Positions 1 through 9,317 of a stretch of DNA of 32,000 bases are shown one piece after another. A model generated the notes under the pieces. It was not told the origin of the DNA, made no database searches, and worked only from the letters and a program-made list of their open reading frames with translations. Numbering within the stretch: the first letter of the stretch is position 1; each line of letters opens with the position of its first letter. Source of the stretch: Raphidiopsis brookii D9 (GTDB lineage Bacteria; Cyanobacteriota; Cyanobacteriia; Cyanobacteriales; Nostocaceae); the NCBI GenBank assembly GCA_000175855.1, contig ACYB01000019.1:1-32000 (forward strand). The letters are read 5' to 3'. The position numbers and the translations under genes are program-made.

Positions 1-179
1 TCCTGTATTGGTTGACTAAACTTTCTTATCTCTTCCTCAAATTCTATTTCCTCTAAAGGACTCAGGTCTAAGTATGTGTCTACAAATCCTGATATCATTT
101 GCATCTTAGCTGGATTTAATGATAATGATACCAGTAATCTTAAACATTCCGTTTTTACCTTGACTCTATCCTTTGCAGG
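1..179 (-). pseudogene. 5'-truncated fragment of an Rpn/YhgA-like (PD-(D/E)XK putative transposase family) gene, C-terminal region only; runs off the window start
   Basis: The minus-strand frame is open from 179 to the window edge and reads PAKDRVKVKTECLRLLVSLSLNPAKMQMISGFVDTYLDLSPLEEIEFEEEIRKFSQPIQ. An in-frame TAG lies at 180-182. From memory, the pattern ECLRLL..L.L.P..MQ.ISGFVDTYL.L...EE..F..E matches the C-terminal third of cyanobacterial Rpn-family proteins. The roughly 200-aa nuclease domain that should precede it is absent. Confidence 0.35.
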
Positions 180-201
180 CTAAACTCCAGTACTTAAGTA
201 C

Positions 202-1011
202 TTAGTTTCCCCACTTCCATCGGCGCCACAATTTTACCAGGGAGGTAAGCCCGACGCTCCGCAGCACCCCTTTGATTGTCGTCCGCACCGTCCGTGCGCA
301 GTAATAATACCGAGCATATAAATTGTAGCGTTTAAACTCCTTGAGTGCCATCACCACTTCATCAATGCCGCGCTGTTCGTTGCGCCAGGACATACCACCA
401 GCGGAACTCCGCGTCAGCGGAACCCAGTTCAGGTAGCCAATGCGTTTTGTAAAATCTGGCATTCTTGTATCTAAACGCAGTATGAATTCGTAATCCATCG
501 CTACTTTATAGCGGGTGTCATAGCACCCGAACTGCTGATACACATCACGGTGGATAAACATTCCTGGATGATTGTACGGCATCGCGACTTCCACCCGACA
601 CAACAGCGGTGCGCGAATGTTGCTCCCGAATTTGTGATCAGTAAAATACATATCGCCGTGGATGACTAGATAGCTTTCCCCCGCTGCAAAGTGGTTGACC
701 AGCTCAAGAATATTTTCGTTGTACAGCGCGTCATCGCTGTTGAGGATGAGTATGTATTCACCAGAAGCCTTAGCCACGCCTTTGTTGAACGCGTCCGAGA
801 TACCACGGTCCGCCTCGCTGATCACCCGGAGCTTTGCTTCCTTACCGTGCTGTTGGTACAGCGAACGTATTATCTTCACCGTATCATCCGTGCTAAGGTT
901 GTCAATGATGATGTGTTCATAATCATTGAAGCTTTGATGAAGCACCGACTCCACACAAGCGGCAATGCTAGCCGCCGAATTGAAACCTGGAGTAACGATG
1001 GAAAACTTCAT
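202..1011 (-). CDS. Family 2 (GT-A) glycosyltransferase
   Basis: 269-aa ORF with a GT-A N-terminus (FSIVTPGFNSA, IIIDNLSTDDT) and a DxD-like LNSDD motif. Composition is atypical: about 50% G+C by hand count versus about 38% in the adjacent gene. Confidence 0.8.
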   Translation of the reverse strand: MKFSIVTPGFNSAASIAACVESVLHQSFNDYEHIIIDNLSTDDTVKIIRSLYQQHGKEAKLRVISEADRGISDAFNKGVAKASGEYILILNSDDALYNENILELVNHFAAGESYLVIHGDMYFTDHKFGSNIRAPLLCRVEVAMPYNHPGMFIHRDVYQQFGCYDTRYKVAMDYEFILRLDTRMPDFTKRIGYLNWVPLTRSSAGGMSWRNEQRGIDEVVMALKEFKRYNLYARYYYCARTVRTTIKGVLRSVGLTSLVKLWRRWKWGN

Positions 1012-1201
1012 GGGTGGTCGCTACACGTTCTAGTGAAGGTCACAACCCCAATATATCCCCAAATATTTTATTAAGTCAAGTATTTTTCGTCCCATTATCA
1101 AGAAAATAACCTATATCCTTGTCGGGTGACAAGGGTAGCAAAATCTATGCTATCTTGGATTATGCTTTGAGTCGTGACAAAGAAAAATACTTACGCAAGA
1201 A

Positions 1202-2296
1202 GTGAACACACCTCTAATTTCATCATTCCACCAATTACTCATCAATCTATCAGTTATCCTTCCCCAACCAACTGGTATTAGTAACTATGCTGTAAACCTC
1301 ATCCCCTATTTAAAAACCCTCCAACCCACCCTATTAACACCTGACCAGTACCCTCATTTCAACTGCTACCCTATCCCCTCAAATCTCACACCCAGGGATG
1401 GAATGAAAGGACATTTAACCCGTCTGCTGTGGACACAGTTTCAACTGCCAAAAATCTATCAGCACCTTAAATCTGAGCTTATCTTTTCCCCCATCCCCGA
1501 AGCACCACTCTATACTAAGTGTCGCTTCGTCGTCATGTCCCACGATATGATACCCCTGCGCTTCCCCCAACCTTTCTCCGCACTGACACCATACCATCGT
1601 TACTATACTCCCCAGGTATTGAAGCAAGCACAACACATTATTTGTAATTCCCAAGCTACCGCTGATGACATAATTCAATATTATCAAATCCCCAGCAGTA
1701 AAATCACCCCTATCCCCCTTGCTTATGACTCTTCACATTTTCGGTTTCTTGATCTCCCAACCCGTAATTATTTCCTATATGTTGGTCGTCAACACCCTTA
1801 CAAAAATATTCGCCGTCTGATTACTGCATTTTCTGTTTTACCTAGCAGGAATGACTATGAACTCTGGTTGGTTGGACCTACAGATAAACGTTATACCCCT
1901 CTACTGGAAACTCAAGTTGAAACATTGGGAATAAATCATTTAGTTAAATTTCTTGACTATGTGCCTTACAAACAATTGCCTATTATTATTAATCAAGCTT
2001 TGGCTTTAATCTTCCCAAGTCTGTGGGAAGGTTTTGGCTTACCAGTATTAGAAGCTATGGCCTGTGGTACCCCTGTGATTACTTCTAATATTTCTTCCCT
2101 TCCAGAAGTGACGGGAGATGCTGCTATTTTAATTGATCCATACGATATCGAGGAAATTATGGCAGCAATGACAACAATTATTGATGACTCACAAACTAGA
2201 AGACAACTTTCACAACAGGGTCTGAAGCGAGCAGGCGAATTTAGTTGGAAAAAAACTGGAATGGCAACGGTAGAAGTTTTTAAAAACTATATTTAG
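1202..2296 (+). CDS. Family 1/4 (GT-B) glycosyltransferase
   Basis: 364-aa ORF starting at GTG. It carries the C-terminal GT-B signature PSLWEGFGLPVLEAMACGTPVITSNISSLPEV. It is transcribed divergently from the GT2 gene. Confidence 0.85.
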   Translation: MNTPLISSFHQLLINLSVILPQPTGISNYAVNLIPYLKTLQPTLLTPDQYPHFNCYPIPSNLTPRDGMKGHLTRLLWTQFQLPKIYQHLKSELIFSPIPEAPLYTKCRFVVMSHDMIPLRFPQPFSALTPYHRYYTPQVLKQAQHIICNSQATADDIIQYYQIPSSKITPIPLAYDSSHFRFLDLPTRNYFLYVGRQHPYKNIRRLITAFSVLPSRNDYELWLVGPTDKRYTPLLETQVETLGINHLVKFLDYVPYKQLPIIINQALALIFPSLWEGFGLPVLEAMACGTPVITSNISSLPEVTGDAAILIDPYDIEEIMAAMTTIIDDSQTRRQLSQQGLKRAGEFSWKKTGMATVEVFKNYI

Positions 2297-2380
2297 GGTT
2301 TTTAACCTCTAGTTATGTGACATTTTACACATAATTGTTATATCAGAATCCATCCTATCATCACTGCTATATAAAACCGG

Positions 2381-3355
2381 TTAACCCATGACCAAACCCT
2401 TGGTCGCTAACCACTCGGGATTAAATATACGCGACTGATAACGAGACCCACTATCACATAAAATAGTCACAATAGTATGTCCTGGACCCAACTCCCTAGC
2501 TAAAGCTACAGCTGCACCAACATTAATCCCTGTTGAACCACCCATCAATAAACCATCTCTTCTTAATAACTGATACACTACTCTCAAAGCTTCCTGATCA
2601 TTAATTTGAATCGCATCATCAATGGGAACACCCTTCATATTCGCTGTAATCCTACTATTACCAATTCCCTCGGTGATGGAATTACCCTCTATACTTATCT
2701 CACCAGTTTTAATATAACTATATAAACCACTACCCAAGGGATCAGCAACCACACATCTAATATTAGAATTCTTTTCTTTTAAGCACATTGCTACCCCAGC
2801 ATAAGTTCCCCCTGTTCCAGTTGCTGCTACCCACCCATCTATTTTACCACCTGTCTGTTGCCAAATTTCCTCCCCCGTGGTCTCGTAATGAGCACAGCGA
2901 TTGGCTAAATTATCAAACTGATTCGCCCAAATGGCATTAGACATTTCCTGAGCTATTCTACCAGACAGTCGGACGTAGTTGTTAGGATCTTTATAGGGCA
3001 CTGCTGGTACTGGACGGACTTCCGCTCCTAATGTTGTCAGCGCGTCTATTTTTTCCTGGGACTGGGTGTTGGGAATAATAATTAAACATTTATAACCTTT
3101 AGCATTACATATATGAGCTAATCCAATCCCTGTATTACCCGCAGTTCCCTCTACCACAGTACCACCAGGTCCTAATAAACCCTTTTTTTCCGCATCTTCA
3201 ATAATGTACAGTGCAGCACGATCTTTCACGGATCCGCCAGGATTGAGGAATTCTGCTTTACCTAAAATTTCACAACCAGTTTCTTCACTAAAGCTGTTTA
3301 GTCTGATTAGTGGAGTGTTGCCAATTGTGCCAATAAATCCTCTTTTAATATCCAT
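2381..3355 (-). CDS. cysK: Cysteine synthase (O-acetylserine sulfhydrylase / CBS-like fold-type II PLP enzyme)
   Basis: 324-aa ORF with the PLP-lysine motif NPGGSVKDR, the GTAGNTGIGLA loop and the ATGTGGTYAG loop. Confidence 0.85.
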   Translation of the reverse strand: MDIKRGFIGTIGNTPLIRLNSFSEETGCEILGKAEFLNPGGSVKDRAALYIIEDAEKKGLLGPGGTVVEGTAGNTGIGLAHICNAKGYKCLIIIPNTQSQEKIDALTTLGAEVRPVPAVPYKDPNNYVRLSGRIAQEMSNAIWANQFDNLANRCAHYETTGEEIWQQTGGKIDGWVAATGTGGTYAGVAMCLKEKNSNIRCVVADPLGSGLYSYIKTGEISIEGNSITEGIGNSRITANMKGVPIDDAIQINDQEALRVVYQLLRRDGLLMGGSTGINVGAAVALARELGPGHTIVTILCDSGSRYQSRIFNPEWLATKGLVMG

Positions 3356-3417
3356 GTTAATTAGATTAATTTACTGTTTATAGTTTTGGGTAATTATATT
3401 TTGTTTATTATATACCA

Positions 3418-3444
3418 GGCGCGCTAGCAAAAGCTTGGCACGCC
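3418..3444 (-). terminator. Imperfect GC-rich stem-loop downstream of the peroxiredoxin gene
   Basis: GGCGCGCTAGC-AAAA-GCTTGGCACGCC lies about 20 nt after the stop codon at 3464. It has mismatches and no clear U-tract. Confidence 0.25.
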
Positions 3445-3463
3445 ATTGGGTTCGGTCCAATCT

Positions 3464-4102
3464 CTACCTATTGGGTTGGGGAGTCAACCGTAAATAGGGT
3501 TTGATTTCTTGATAACCCTTGGGAAATTTCTCCTTCAGAACTTCTGGGTCTTTTAGGGATGGTACAATTACGCAATCATCACCGTCTTTCCAGTCTGCTG
3601 GAGTTGCCACACTATAGTTATCAGTTAATTGCAGGGAATCTATCACCCGCAACAGCTCATCAAAGTTACGTCCGGTACTGGGAGGATAGGTGAAGGAAAG
3701 ACGAAGTTTTTTGTTGGGATCAATGACAAATACGGAGCGCACTGTAATATTGGCCGCCGCATTTGGGTGAATCATATCATATAGCTCGGAAACCTTTTTG
3801 TCTGGATCGGCTATAATTGGGTAGTTTAGTGTGGTGCTTTGGGTTTCTTCAATATCCCCCACCCATCCTTGGTGGGATTCCACATCGTCCACACTCAATG
3901 CGATCGCCTTGACGTTACGTTTGTCAAATTCGGGTTTTAATTTAGCAACTGTGCCCAATTCTGTGGTACAAACAGGTGTGTAATCAGCAGGGTGGGAAAA
4001 CAGAACTACCCAGCTGTCACCCGCCCACTCATAGAAGTTGATTTCACCGTGTGTTGATGCTTGTGTAAAGTTTGGTACTGTATCACCAAGATGGAGAGCC
4101 AT
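3464..4102 (-). CDS. 1-Cys peroxiredoxin (Prx6 type)
   Basis: 212-aa ORF with the peroxidatic Cys motif HPADYTPVCTTELG. Length and C-terminal extension are typical of the 1-Cys Prx subfamily. Confidence 0.9.
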   Translation of the reverse strand: MALHLGDTVPNFTQASTHGEINFYEWAGDSWVVLFSHPADYTPVCTTELGTVAKLKPEFDKRNVKAIALSVDDVESHQGWVGDIEETQSTTLNYPIIADPDKKVSELYDMIHPNAAANITVRSVFVIDPNKKLRLSFTYPPSTGRNFDELLRVIDSLQLTDNYSVATPADWKDGDDCVIVPSLKDPEVLKEKFPKGYQEIKPYLRLTPQPNR

Positions 4103-4306
4103 ACTAGATTCCCTGTAATTAGAAAAGATAATTATTTACCGCCCAACTATAACATAGATGGATCTTTATCCTAAACTGACTTTGCTAGTTGCAACAAATT
4201 TTTACAAACTCCTTACATACCCTATCTCCTTGTGTGGGATTTAATGCTTGCACAGCACCTATAGAGGAACAAACGGGGAAAAACAAAGATACGCCTATCA
4301 TAATTA

Positions 4307-4765
4307 TCATAATCCTAGCCTGATTCCTCTTGCCATCATTGAAGCAAAAAGGGGAATTACACTAAATCCCACAAGCTCTAGACGAATAATAGTTTTGAGC
4401 AGATTGATTTTTTCGGGACTAACTTCTGGGGAATTCTGATTACGGAGATTTTTAATCCACATCAAAAATGAAAAGGTGGGATACAAGGACAATAACCCAA
4501 CCAGGATAAATATGGATATTTTCAACCAGAAAACCGGTTGATGAGTATAGTATGCAGGTCCCTTCTCTAAGTATAAAACTCGGAGAACACCTGTAATTAA
4601 GACAGTAACCCCTGCAATTCCGTAGGCGCTATCAGCTATAAGAACTCGCCATCCTTCTTTATTGGTTAGGTCTGGTTTAAGGGTAAATAGTTCTGTACAT
4701 AAGGAACCAAAGATAATTGCTAAGCTCAAATAGTGCAAATAGGCGACTATCGCGTTAACCAACAT
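4307..4765 (-). CDS. Small integral membrane protein (DUF2214-like)
   Basis: 152-aa ORF with four hydrophobic helices. The family assignment is from recollection only. Confidence 0.55.
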   Translation of the reverse strand: MLVNAIVAYLHYLSLAIIFGSLCTELFTLKPDLTNKEGWRVLIADSAYGIAGVTVLITGVLRVLYLEKGPAYYTHQPVFWLKISIFILVGLLSLYPTFSFLMWIKNLRNQNSPEVSPEKINLLKTIIRLELVGFSVIPLFASMMARGIRLGL

Positions 4766-4815
4766 AAGTTCATCCTACTAAATTAAAAAGTTCATAAATT
4801 GCCTGGTTTAGATAC

Positions 4816-5805
4816 TTATTGAGGATAGTCCCAGGAAACAAAGGGGACTGGCACAATTTCTCCTTGAGTTTCTCCCACTTCCACAGTTAAACCCACACCT
4901 CCTGCTTTCGCACGAATATAACCTAACCCAAAGTGTCCTTCAGGAGTTTCTATGTAGCTAGTAAGCTTACCAACTTTTTCCTCCAATATGGTAATTATAG
5001 TTCCCGGTTGTGCACAACTTTTTAGTTTAATTCCCCATAAATGCTGTTTTACCCCTTTGTAAGTATTTAGTCTAGCAATGGTCTCTTGACCAATGTAACA
5101 ACCCTTGTTAAAGGAAACTGTCTGCCAAAGACCAACTTCTAAGGGATTATAATCATCCGTTAGCTCCGCATCAGGAGCGGGACGACCTTGGGAAATCCGC
5201 AACATTTCCCAATGGCGATCGCTCAATTTGACTGCTCCCCAATCTAGGAGTTGCTGCCAAATTTGCTGTTTTTCTGCTCTGGGGAGAATTAGGGTATAAC
5301 CAGGTATAGCTAATCCAGTACCAACAGCAAAAATGATTCCATTGATTGAAATGTGATGGCCATCAGGTTGACTCAGAAGTGATGCTGCACCTAACTTACT
5401 GATTAAGGTATCACTTTCTGGCCCTAGGAGAGTGAATGTTGCTGTTTGGTCGGTTATATCTGTTAGGGTCACCTGGTCTGTGAAAAATATATAACGGTCT
5501 AACCAAGAGAGTAAAAATTCCCGCCGATTGGGTGAGACTAATAATAACACTCTATCTTCTAAGACATATCCAGTCACTAAATCTATGGTTCTAGCTGTGG
5601 AAGTGACCATCACAGTGTCACAGCCACTACCTGGTTGCAAAGATTGAAAGTTGTTAGTGCTTTGATTGTGTAAAAAACGCAATCTATCTTCACCGGTAAC
5701 TTCAATTCTTCCCCAATGGGAGCGATCGCAAATAGCAGTTCTTGTTTTGGCTGCATAAACAGCTGCTCTATCTTCGCTATCAATTAAAGATGTTAACATA
5801 ATCAT
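4816..5805 (-). CDS. ygfZ: Folate-binding YgfZ / GcvT-like protein
   Basis: 329-aa ORF with an aminomethyltransferase-like N-terminus and the YgfZ signature KGCYIGQETIARL near the C-terminus. Confidence 0.8.
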   Translation of the reverse strand: MIMLTSLIDSEDRAAVYAAKTRTAICDRSHWGRIEVTGEDRLRFLHNQSTNNFQSLQPGSGCDTVMVTSTARTIDLVTGYVLEDRVLLLVSPNRREFLLSWLDRYIFFTDQVTLTDITDQTATFTLLGPESDTLISKLGAASLLSQPDGHHISINGIIFAVGTGLAIPGYTLILPRAEKQQIWQQLLDWGAVKLSDRHWEMLRISQGRPAPDAELTDDYNPLEVGLWQTVSFNKGCYIGQETIARLNTYKGVKQHLWGIKLKSCAQPGTIITILEEKVGKLTSYIETPEGHFGLGYIRAKAGGVGLTVEVGETQGEIVPVPFVSWDYPQ

Positions 5806-5829
5806 CCACCTATTTAGTTTTATTGGCTT

Positions 5830-5855
5830 TGTGCGTTACCGGTTTGTAACGCACA
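5830..5855 (-). terminator. Perfect 10-bp stem-loop between the Q/N-rich ORF and ygfZ
   Basis: TGTGCGTTAC-cggttt-GTAACGCACA lies 8 nt after the stop at 5863. No U-tract follows on the minus strand, so it may be a processing or stability element rather than a terminator. Confidence 0.3.
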
Positions 5856-5862
5856 AAAACAA

Positions 5863-6231
5863 CTACTTCCTTTCTGTATTACTACCATCAGTATTGGCAC
5901 CGGATCTATTTTCTTCTCCTTTTACCTTTGATGGCTGCTGATTTTGCAATATCTGATTTTGACGTGCTTTAAAGGCTGCTGCTGCATCCTCTAACTGTTG
6001 ATTTTGCTGATTAGGGTCCCAGTTCAATGGACCGAAGTTCAACCGATGAATGATATTGAACATATCAAGTCCCGAATCATTTGCCAAAGGATTTGTATTA
6101 TCTGGACTATTCAAAGGTTGACTTGTACTAGCAGTATTAGAAAAACTTGGTTGTGGTGCAAATAAACCAATAAAAGCTATTCCCGCACCACAGACCAGCA
6201 AAAGTTTACCCCTCAAAAAGTATTTGTTCAT
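5863..6231 (-). CDS. Hypothetical secreted Q/N-rich protein
   Basis: 122-aa ORF with a signal-like hydrophobic N-terminus (LLLVCGAGIAFIGLFA). The rest is low-complexity and rich in Q, N and S. Confidence 0.5.
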   Translation of the reverse strand: MNKYFLRGKLLLVCGAGIAFIGLFAPQPSFSNTASTSQPLNSPDNTNPLANDSGLDMFNIIHRLNFGPLNWDPNQQNQQLEDAAAAFKARQNQILQNQQPSKVKGEENRSGANTDGSNTERK

Positions 6232-6265
6232 AATTTCCCCTCTGATTTTGTCTGTTTTAACAAGC

Positions 6266-7144
6266 CTAGGCTAAGGTTTTGCGTAGTTGGGGTTGAATGC
6301 TTAATAAAGCCACTATTGCAAATCCCAATAACACTAACAAAGATCCTCCCAAGCTAACATTACCCCAAAACACCTCCATCACCACATCATTTAGTCCCCA
6401 ATTACTATTGAGATATAAATGCCTAATTGGCTCTATGGCATAGCTCAAAGGGTTCAGAGCAACTACAATTTTTAACCATTCTGGCATAAAAGATAATGGA
6501 GCTAAGGCTGTACTAGCAAATAACAGAGGCAAATTTGTTACAAAAATAACTGCTATTAATTCGATATGTCCAGGCAAAGCAAAGGCTAAACCCAGAGAAA
6601 TAGCTGTAACTCCTAGTGCCAGTAAAAATACGATCAAGGCGATCGCCACTAATCCATTAACATCTGGTATTCCTGCTCCTAGTATGGCTGCTGCACCAAC
6701 TATCACTGCTGCTTGAAGTAAACTTTGGCTAATGATAAAAATGGCAGAAGCAAACACAATAGAAAACCGAGAAGCTAAAGGTGCTACCAATAACCGGTTT
6801 AAAAAGCCAAATTCCCGATCAAACATAACCGGTAAACCGGCATTTAAAGCTCCAGCGAATGCGGTAAATACTATCACACCAGCAGCTAAAAATTGTCCGT
6901 AATTGGCAGTAGAACCAAATAAACCCTGGGGGGCATTTTGGAACAATGCGCCGAATAACACTAACCACATCACCGGTTGAATAATACCAGCTATGAGGGT
7001 AGAAGGACGACGCTGTAGTTGAATAAATAGACGACGGGTTAGAGCTAAGGTTTCTTGGGTGATTTCCCCTATAAAACTAGATCGGGTTTGAGAAACCATA
7101 AGGGAGGGAGAAGTAACTGATGGTAAATTGATATCTGTCTTCAT
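6266..7144 (-). CDS. ABC-2 type exporter permease
   Basis: 292-aa ORF with about six hydrophobic segments, directly downstream of a DrrA-like ATPase gene. Confidence 0.8.
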   Translation of the reverse strand: MKTDINLPSVTSPSLMVSQTRSSFIGEITQETLALTRRLFIQLQRRPSTLIAGIIQPVMWLVLFGALFQNAPQGLFGSTANYGQFLAAGVIVFTAFAGALNAGLPVMFDREFGFLNRLLVAPLASRFSIVFASAIFIISQSLLQAAVIVGAAAILGAGIPDVNGLVAIALIVFLLALGVTAISLGLAFALPGHIELIAVIFVTNLPLLFASTALAPLSFMPEWLKIVVALNPLSYAIEPIRHLYLNSNWGLNDVVMEVFWGNVSLGGSLLVLLGFAIVALLSIQPQLRKTLA

Positions 7145-7227
7145 AATGATTTAGAGGTGGTAACTTTATCGATGAATAGATGAATATATGACGATTCTTA
7201 GATCCCGGGATTAGAAATTTTCCCAAT

Positions 7228-8247
7228 CTATCTCATATTTTGCTTTTTCTCCGCTTTAGGATCACGATTAGCTACCGCTGCTAATTCCGCATCCATTAAT
7301 GTCTTACCAGTAGCAGCCAAGTAAACATCATCTAAACTGGGACGGGATTGGGCAATACCAAAAATTGGTAGACCTACACTACTTAAAGTCTGCTGAATAG
7401 TAATTAAGGCATCCTTTTGGGGGGTAACTACTAAATTCAAAGAATTACCCTGAGCAGAATTAATGATTATTTCCTGCACAAAAGGTAGAGCTGCCAATAA
7501 ATTCTTGGCCTTGTCTACTTCCTCCTGATGTGAAAACTCCCGGATGCGCAAAGTAATGCGATCGCCTCCCACTTGATCTTTTAATTGAGCAGGTGTACCC
7601 GTAGCAATTACCAGACCCTTATCTATAATTGCCAATTTATCTGCCAAAGCATCAATTTCTTCTAAATAGTGACTAGTGATGACTACAGTAGTACCAGCGG
7701 CTCGTAGTTTGCGCAAGAAATCCCAGACTACAATTCGACTTTCTATGTCCAATCCTACCGTTGGCTCATCCAAAACTAACACATCTGGGGAATGTAACAA
7801 CCCAGCTGCTAGATCCAGACGTTTGCGTAAACCACCAGAATAGGTTCCAGTTTTTTGATCTGCATATTCTTGTAAACCAAGCAACTCCAACACCTTACCA
7901 ATCCGTTCCTTGATTGCTGCACCGGGTAGATGATAAAGAGCTGCTTGCAGTTGTAATAGTTCTCTACCTGTTAATATCTTATCTATAGCTACCTCTTGAG
8001 CGACATAACCCAACCTTTGTCGTGCCAATTTAGGATGATCCACAACAGATATGCCCGAAACTTGAATTTTTCCAGCATCCGGGGTAGTCAGAGTACAAAG
8101 AGCGCGGAGAGTAGTTGTTTTACCTGCACCATTGGGACCAAGTAAACCAAAGATTTCTCCCGATTGAACCTCAAAAGAGACGTCTTTGACTGCGACGACC
8201 TTACCGTAGCTTTTCCTTAGATGTTCGATTAAAACGGCTGAAGCCAT
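7228..8247 (-). CDS. ABC transporter ATP-binding protein (DrrA-like)
   Basis: Contains Walker A GPNGAGKTT, signature YSGGLRKRL and Walker B VLVLDEPT. The ORF is open up to 8304, but the conserved N-terminus begins at MASAVLIEHL (ATG at 8247). Confidence 0.85.
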   Translation of the reverse strand: MASAVLIEHLRKSYGKVVAVKDVSFEVQSGEIFGLLGPNGAGKTTTLRALCTLTTPDAGKIQVSGISVVDHPKLARQRLGYVAQEVAIDKILTGRELLQLQAALYHLPGAAIKERIGKVLELLGLQEYADQKTGTYSGGLRKRLDLAAGLLHSPDVLVLDEPTVGLDIESRIVVWDFLRKLRAAGTTVVITSHYLEEIDALADKLAIIDKGLVIATGTPAQLKDQVGGDRITLRIREFSHQEEVDKAKNLLAALPFVQEIIINSAQGNSLNLVVTPQKDALITIQQTLSSVGLPIFGIAQSRPSLDDVYLAATGKTLMDAELAAVANRDPKAEKKQNMR

Positions 8248-8380
8248 AGTCCTATACGTTTCCCAACAATTTATCTCCCATTTTACTGAAAAAATCAGTT
8301 TCACGCCTTGCTATTTCCCGAATGGTTAGTCTTCCACCGAATCTTAAGAAATCTAATACTACATCTAAAATTATCGTTCA

Positions 8381-8399
8381 CTTAACTATTACTTAACCA
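8381..8399 (+). promoter_or_regulatory. Putative Pho box (two tandem 8-bp repeats, 11-bp phasing)
   Basis: CTTAACTA (8381-8388), a tta linker, then CTTAACCA (8392-8399). Both fit the cyanobacterial Pho-box unit PyTTAAPyPy(T/A) with a 3-nt spacer. They lie 51-69 nt upstream of the phnC GTG. A possible -10 element TAGAGT is at 8424-8429. Confidence 0.4.
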
Positions 8400-8449
8400 A
8401 CCACTGTTAATTTAAGGTCAAAGTAGAGTACGAACCAACAACAACCACA

Positions 8450-9235
8450 GTGAGTATCACGATTAACAATGTTTCCAAGAGTTTTAAAGGCAAACTGGCA
8501 CTAAAACAAGTGTCATGTAGCATATACGAGGGAGACATGGTTGCCCTGATTGGTGCATCCGGTTCAGGAAAGTCCACACTCTTGCGGCACATTAATGGCT
8601 TACAAACTGCTGATGCTGGTGAGATCACGATATATGGTACCACCTTGCAAAGTCAGGGAAAACTACATTCAAAAGTTAGACTGTTACGCAGTCGCATTGG
8701 TTGTATTTTCCAGCAGTTTAATCTAGTAAATCGGTTAACAGTAATTGAGAATGTTTTGGTTGGTAACCTGGCCAGAGTGTCTCCTTTACGTTCAACACTA
8801 CATTTGTTTACTAAAGAAGAAAAGACCCAAGCCCTGGCTGCGCTGGAACAGGTCGGGATTATCGAGCATGCTTACAAGCGAGCCTCTACAATTTCGGGAG
8901 GACAACAGCAAAGGGTAGCCATTGCTCGTTGTTTAGTTCAGAGGGCAAAGATTATATTGGCGGATGAACCCATTGCTTCATTAGACCCAGAATCAGCACG
9001 TAAAGTAATGGAGTTGCTGGTACAGCTTAACCGAGATAATGGAATTAGTATAGTAGCCTCTTTGCATCAAATTCAAATGGTAAGAAACTACTTTAGTAGG
9101 GCAATTGCCTTGAAGGATGGAGAAGTAAAATTCGATGGACCAACTGTAGAATTGGATGATAGGAAACTAAACCAAATTTATGGTGCAGCTGTGGAAGAAT
9201 TGGTAATGCGAGGACATAGTGAGGTGTTACTATGA
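8450..9235 (+). CDS. phnC: Phosphonate/phosphite-type ABC transporter ATP-binding protein
   Basis: 261-aa ORF from GTG with Walker A GASGSGKST, ISGGQQQRVAIARC and ILADEPIASLD. It is followed by phnD-like and phnE-like genes. Confidence 0.85.
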   Translation: MSITINNVSKSFKGKLALKQVSCSIYEGDMVALIGASGSGKSTLLRHINGLQTADAGEITIYGTTLQSQGKLHSKVRLLRSRIGCIFQQFNLVNRLTVIENVLVGNLARVSPLRSTLHLFTKEEKTQALAALEQVGIIEHAYKRASTISGGQQQRVAIARCLVQRAKIILADEPIASLDPESARKVMELLVQLNRDNGISIVASLHQIQMVRNYFSRAIALKDGEVKFDGPTVELDDRKLNQIYGAAVEELVMRGHSEVLL

Positions 9236-9317
9236 TTCCTAAAATCGGTTTTTTCCGCATTTAAATCTTGCGCACCACCAGAAAATATCACTTACAAAAC
9301 ATCACTGAGGAATAGTC

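Noticed and set aside
691-1074. 127-aa and 75-aa plus-strand ORFs antisense to the GT2 gene
   Set aside because: They lie entirely inside a well-supported minus-strand gene. Long antisense ORFs are expected in a locally G+C-rich segment, and I recognise no motifs in them.
2316-2331. CRP-like palindrome TGTGA-N6-ACACA
   Set aside because: It lies between the convergent 3' ends of the GT1 and cysK genes, so no promoter is available for it to regulate. It is more likely part of a weak terminator hairpin or a chance match.
2363-2378. Exact 16-mer ACTGCTATATAAAACC shared with 30450-30465 (ocp-frp spacer)
   Set aside because: For an AT-rich 32-kb window, one 16-mer coincidence is close to chance expectation. 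The flanks do not extend the match.
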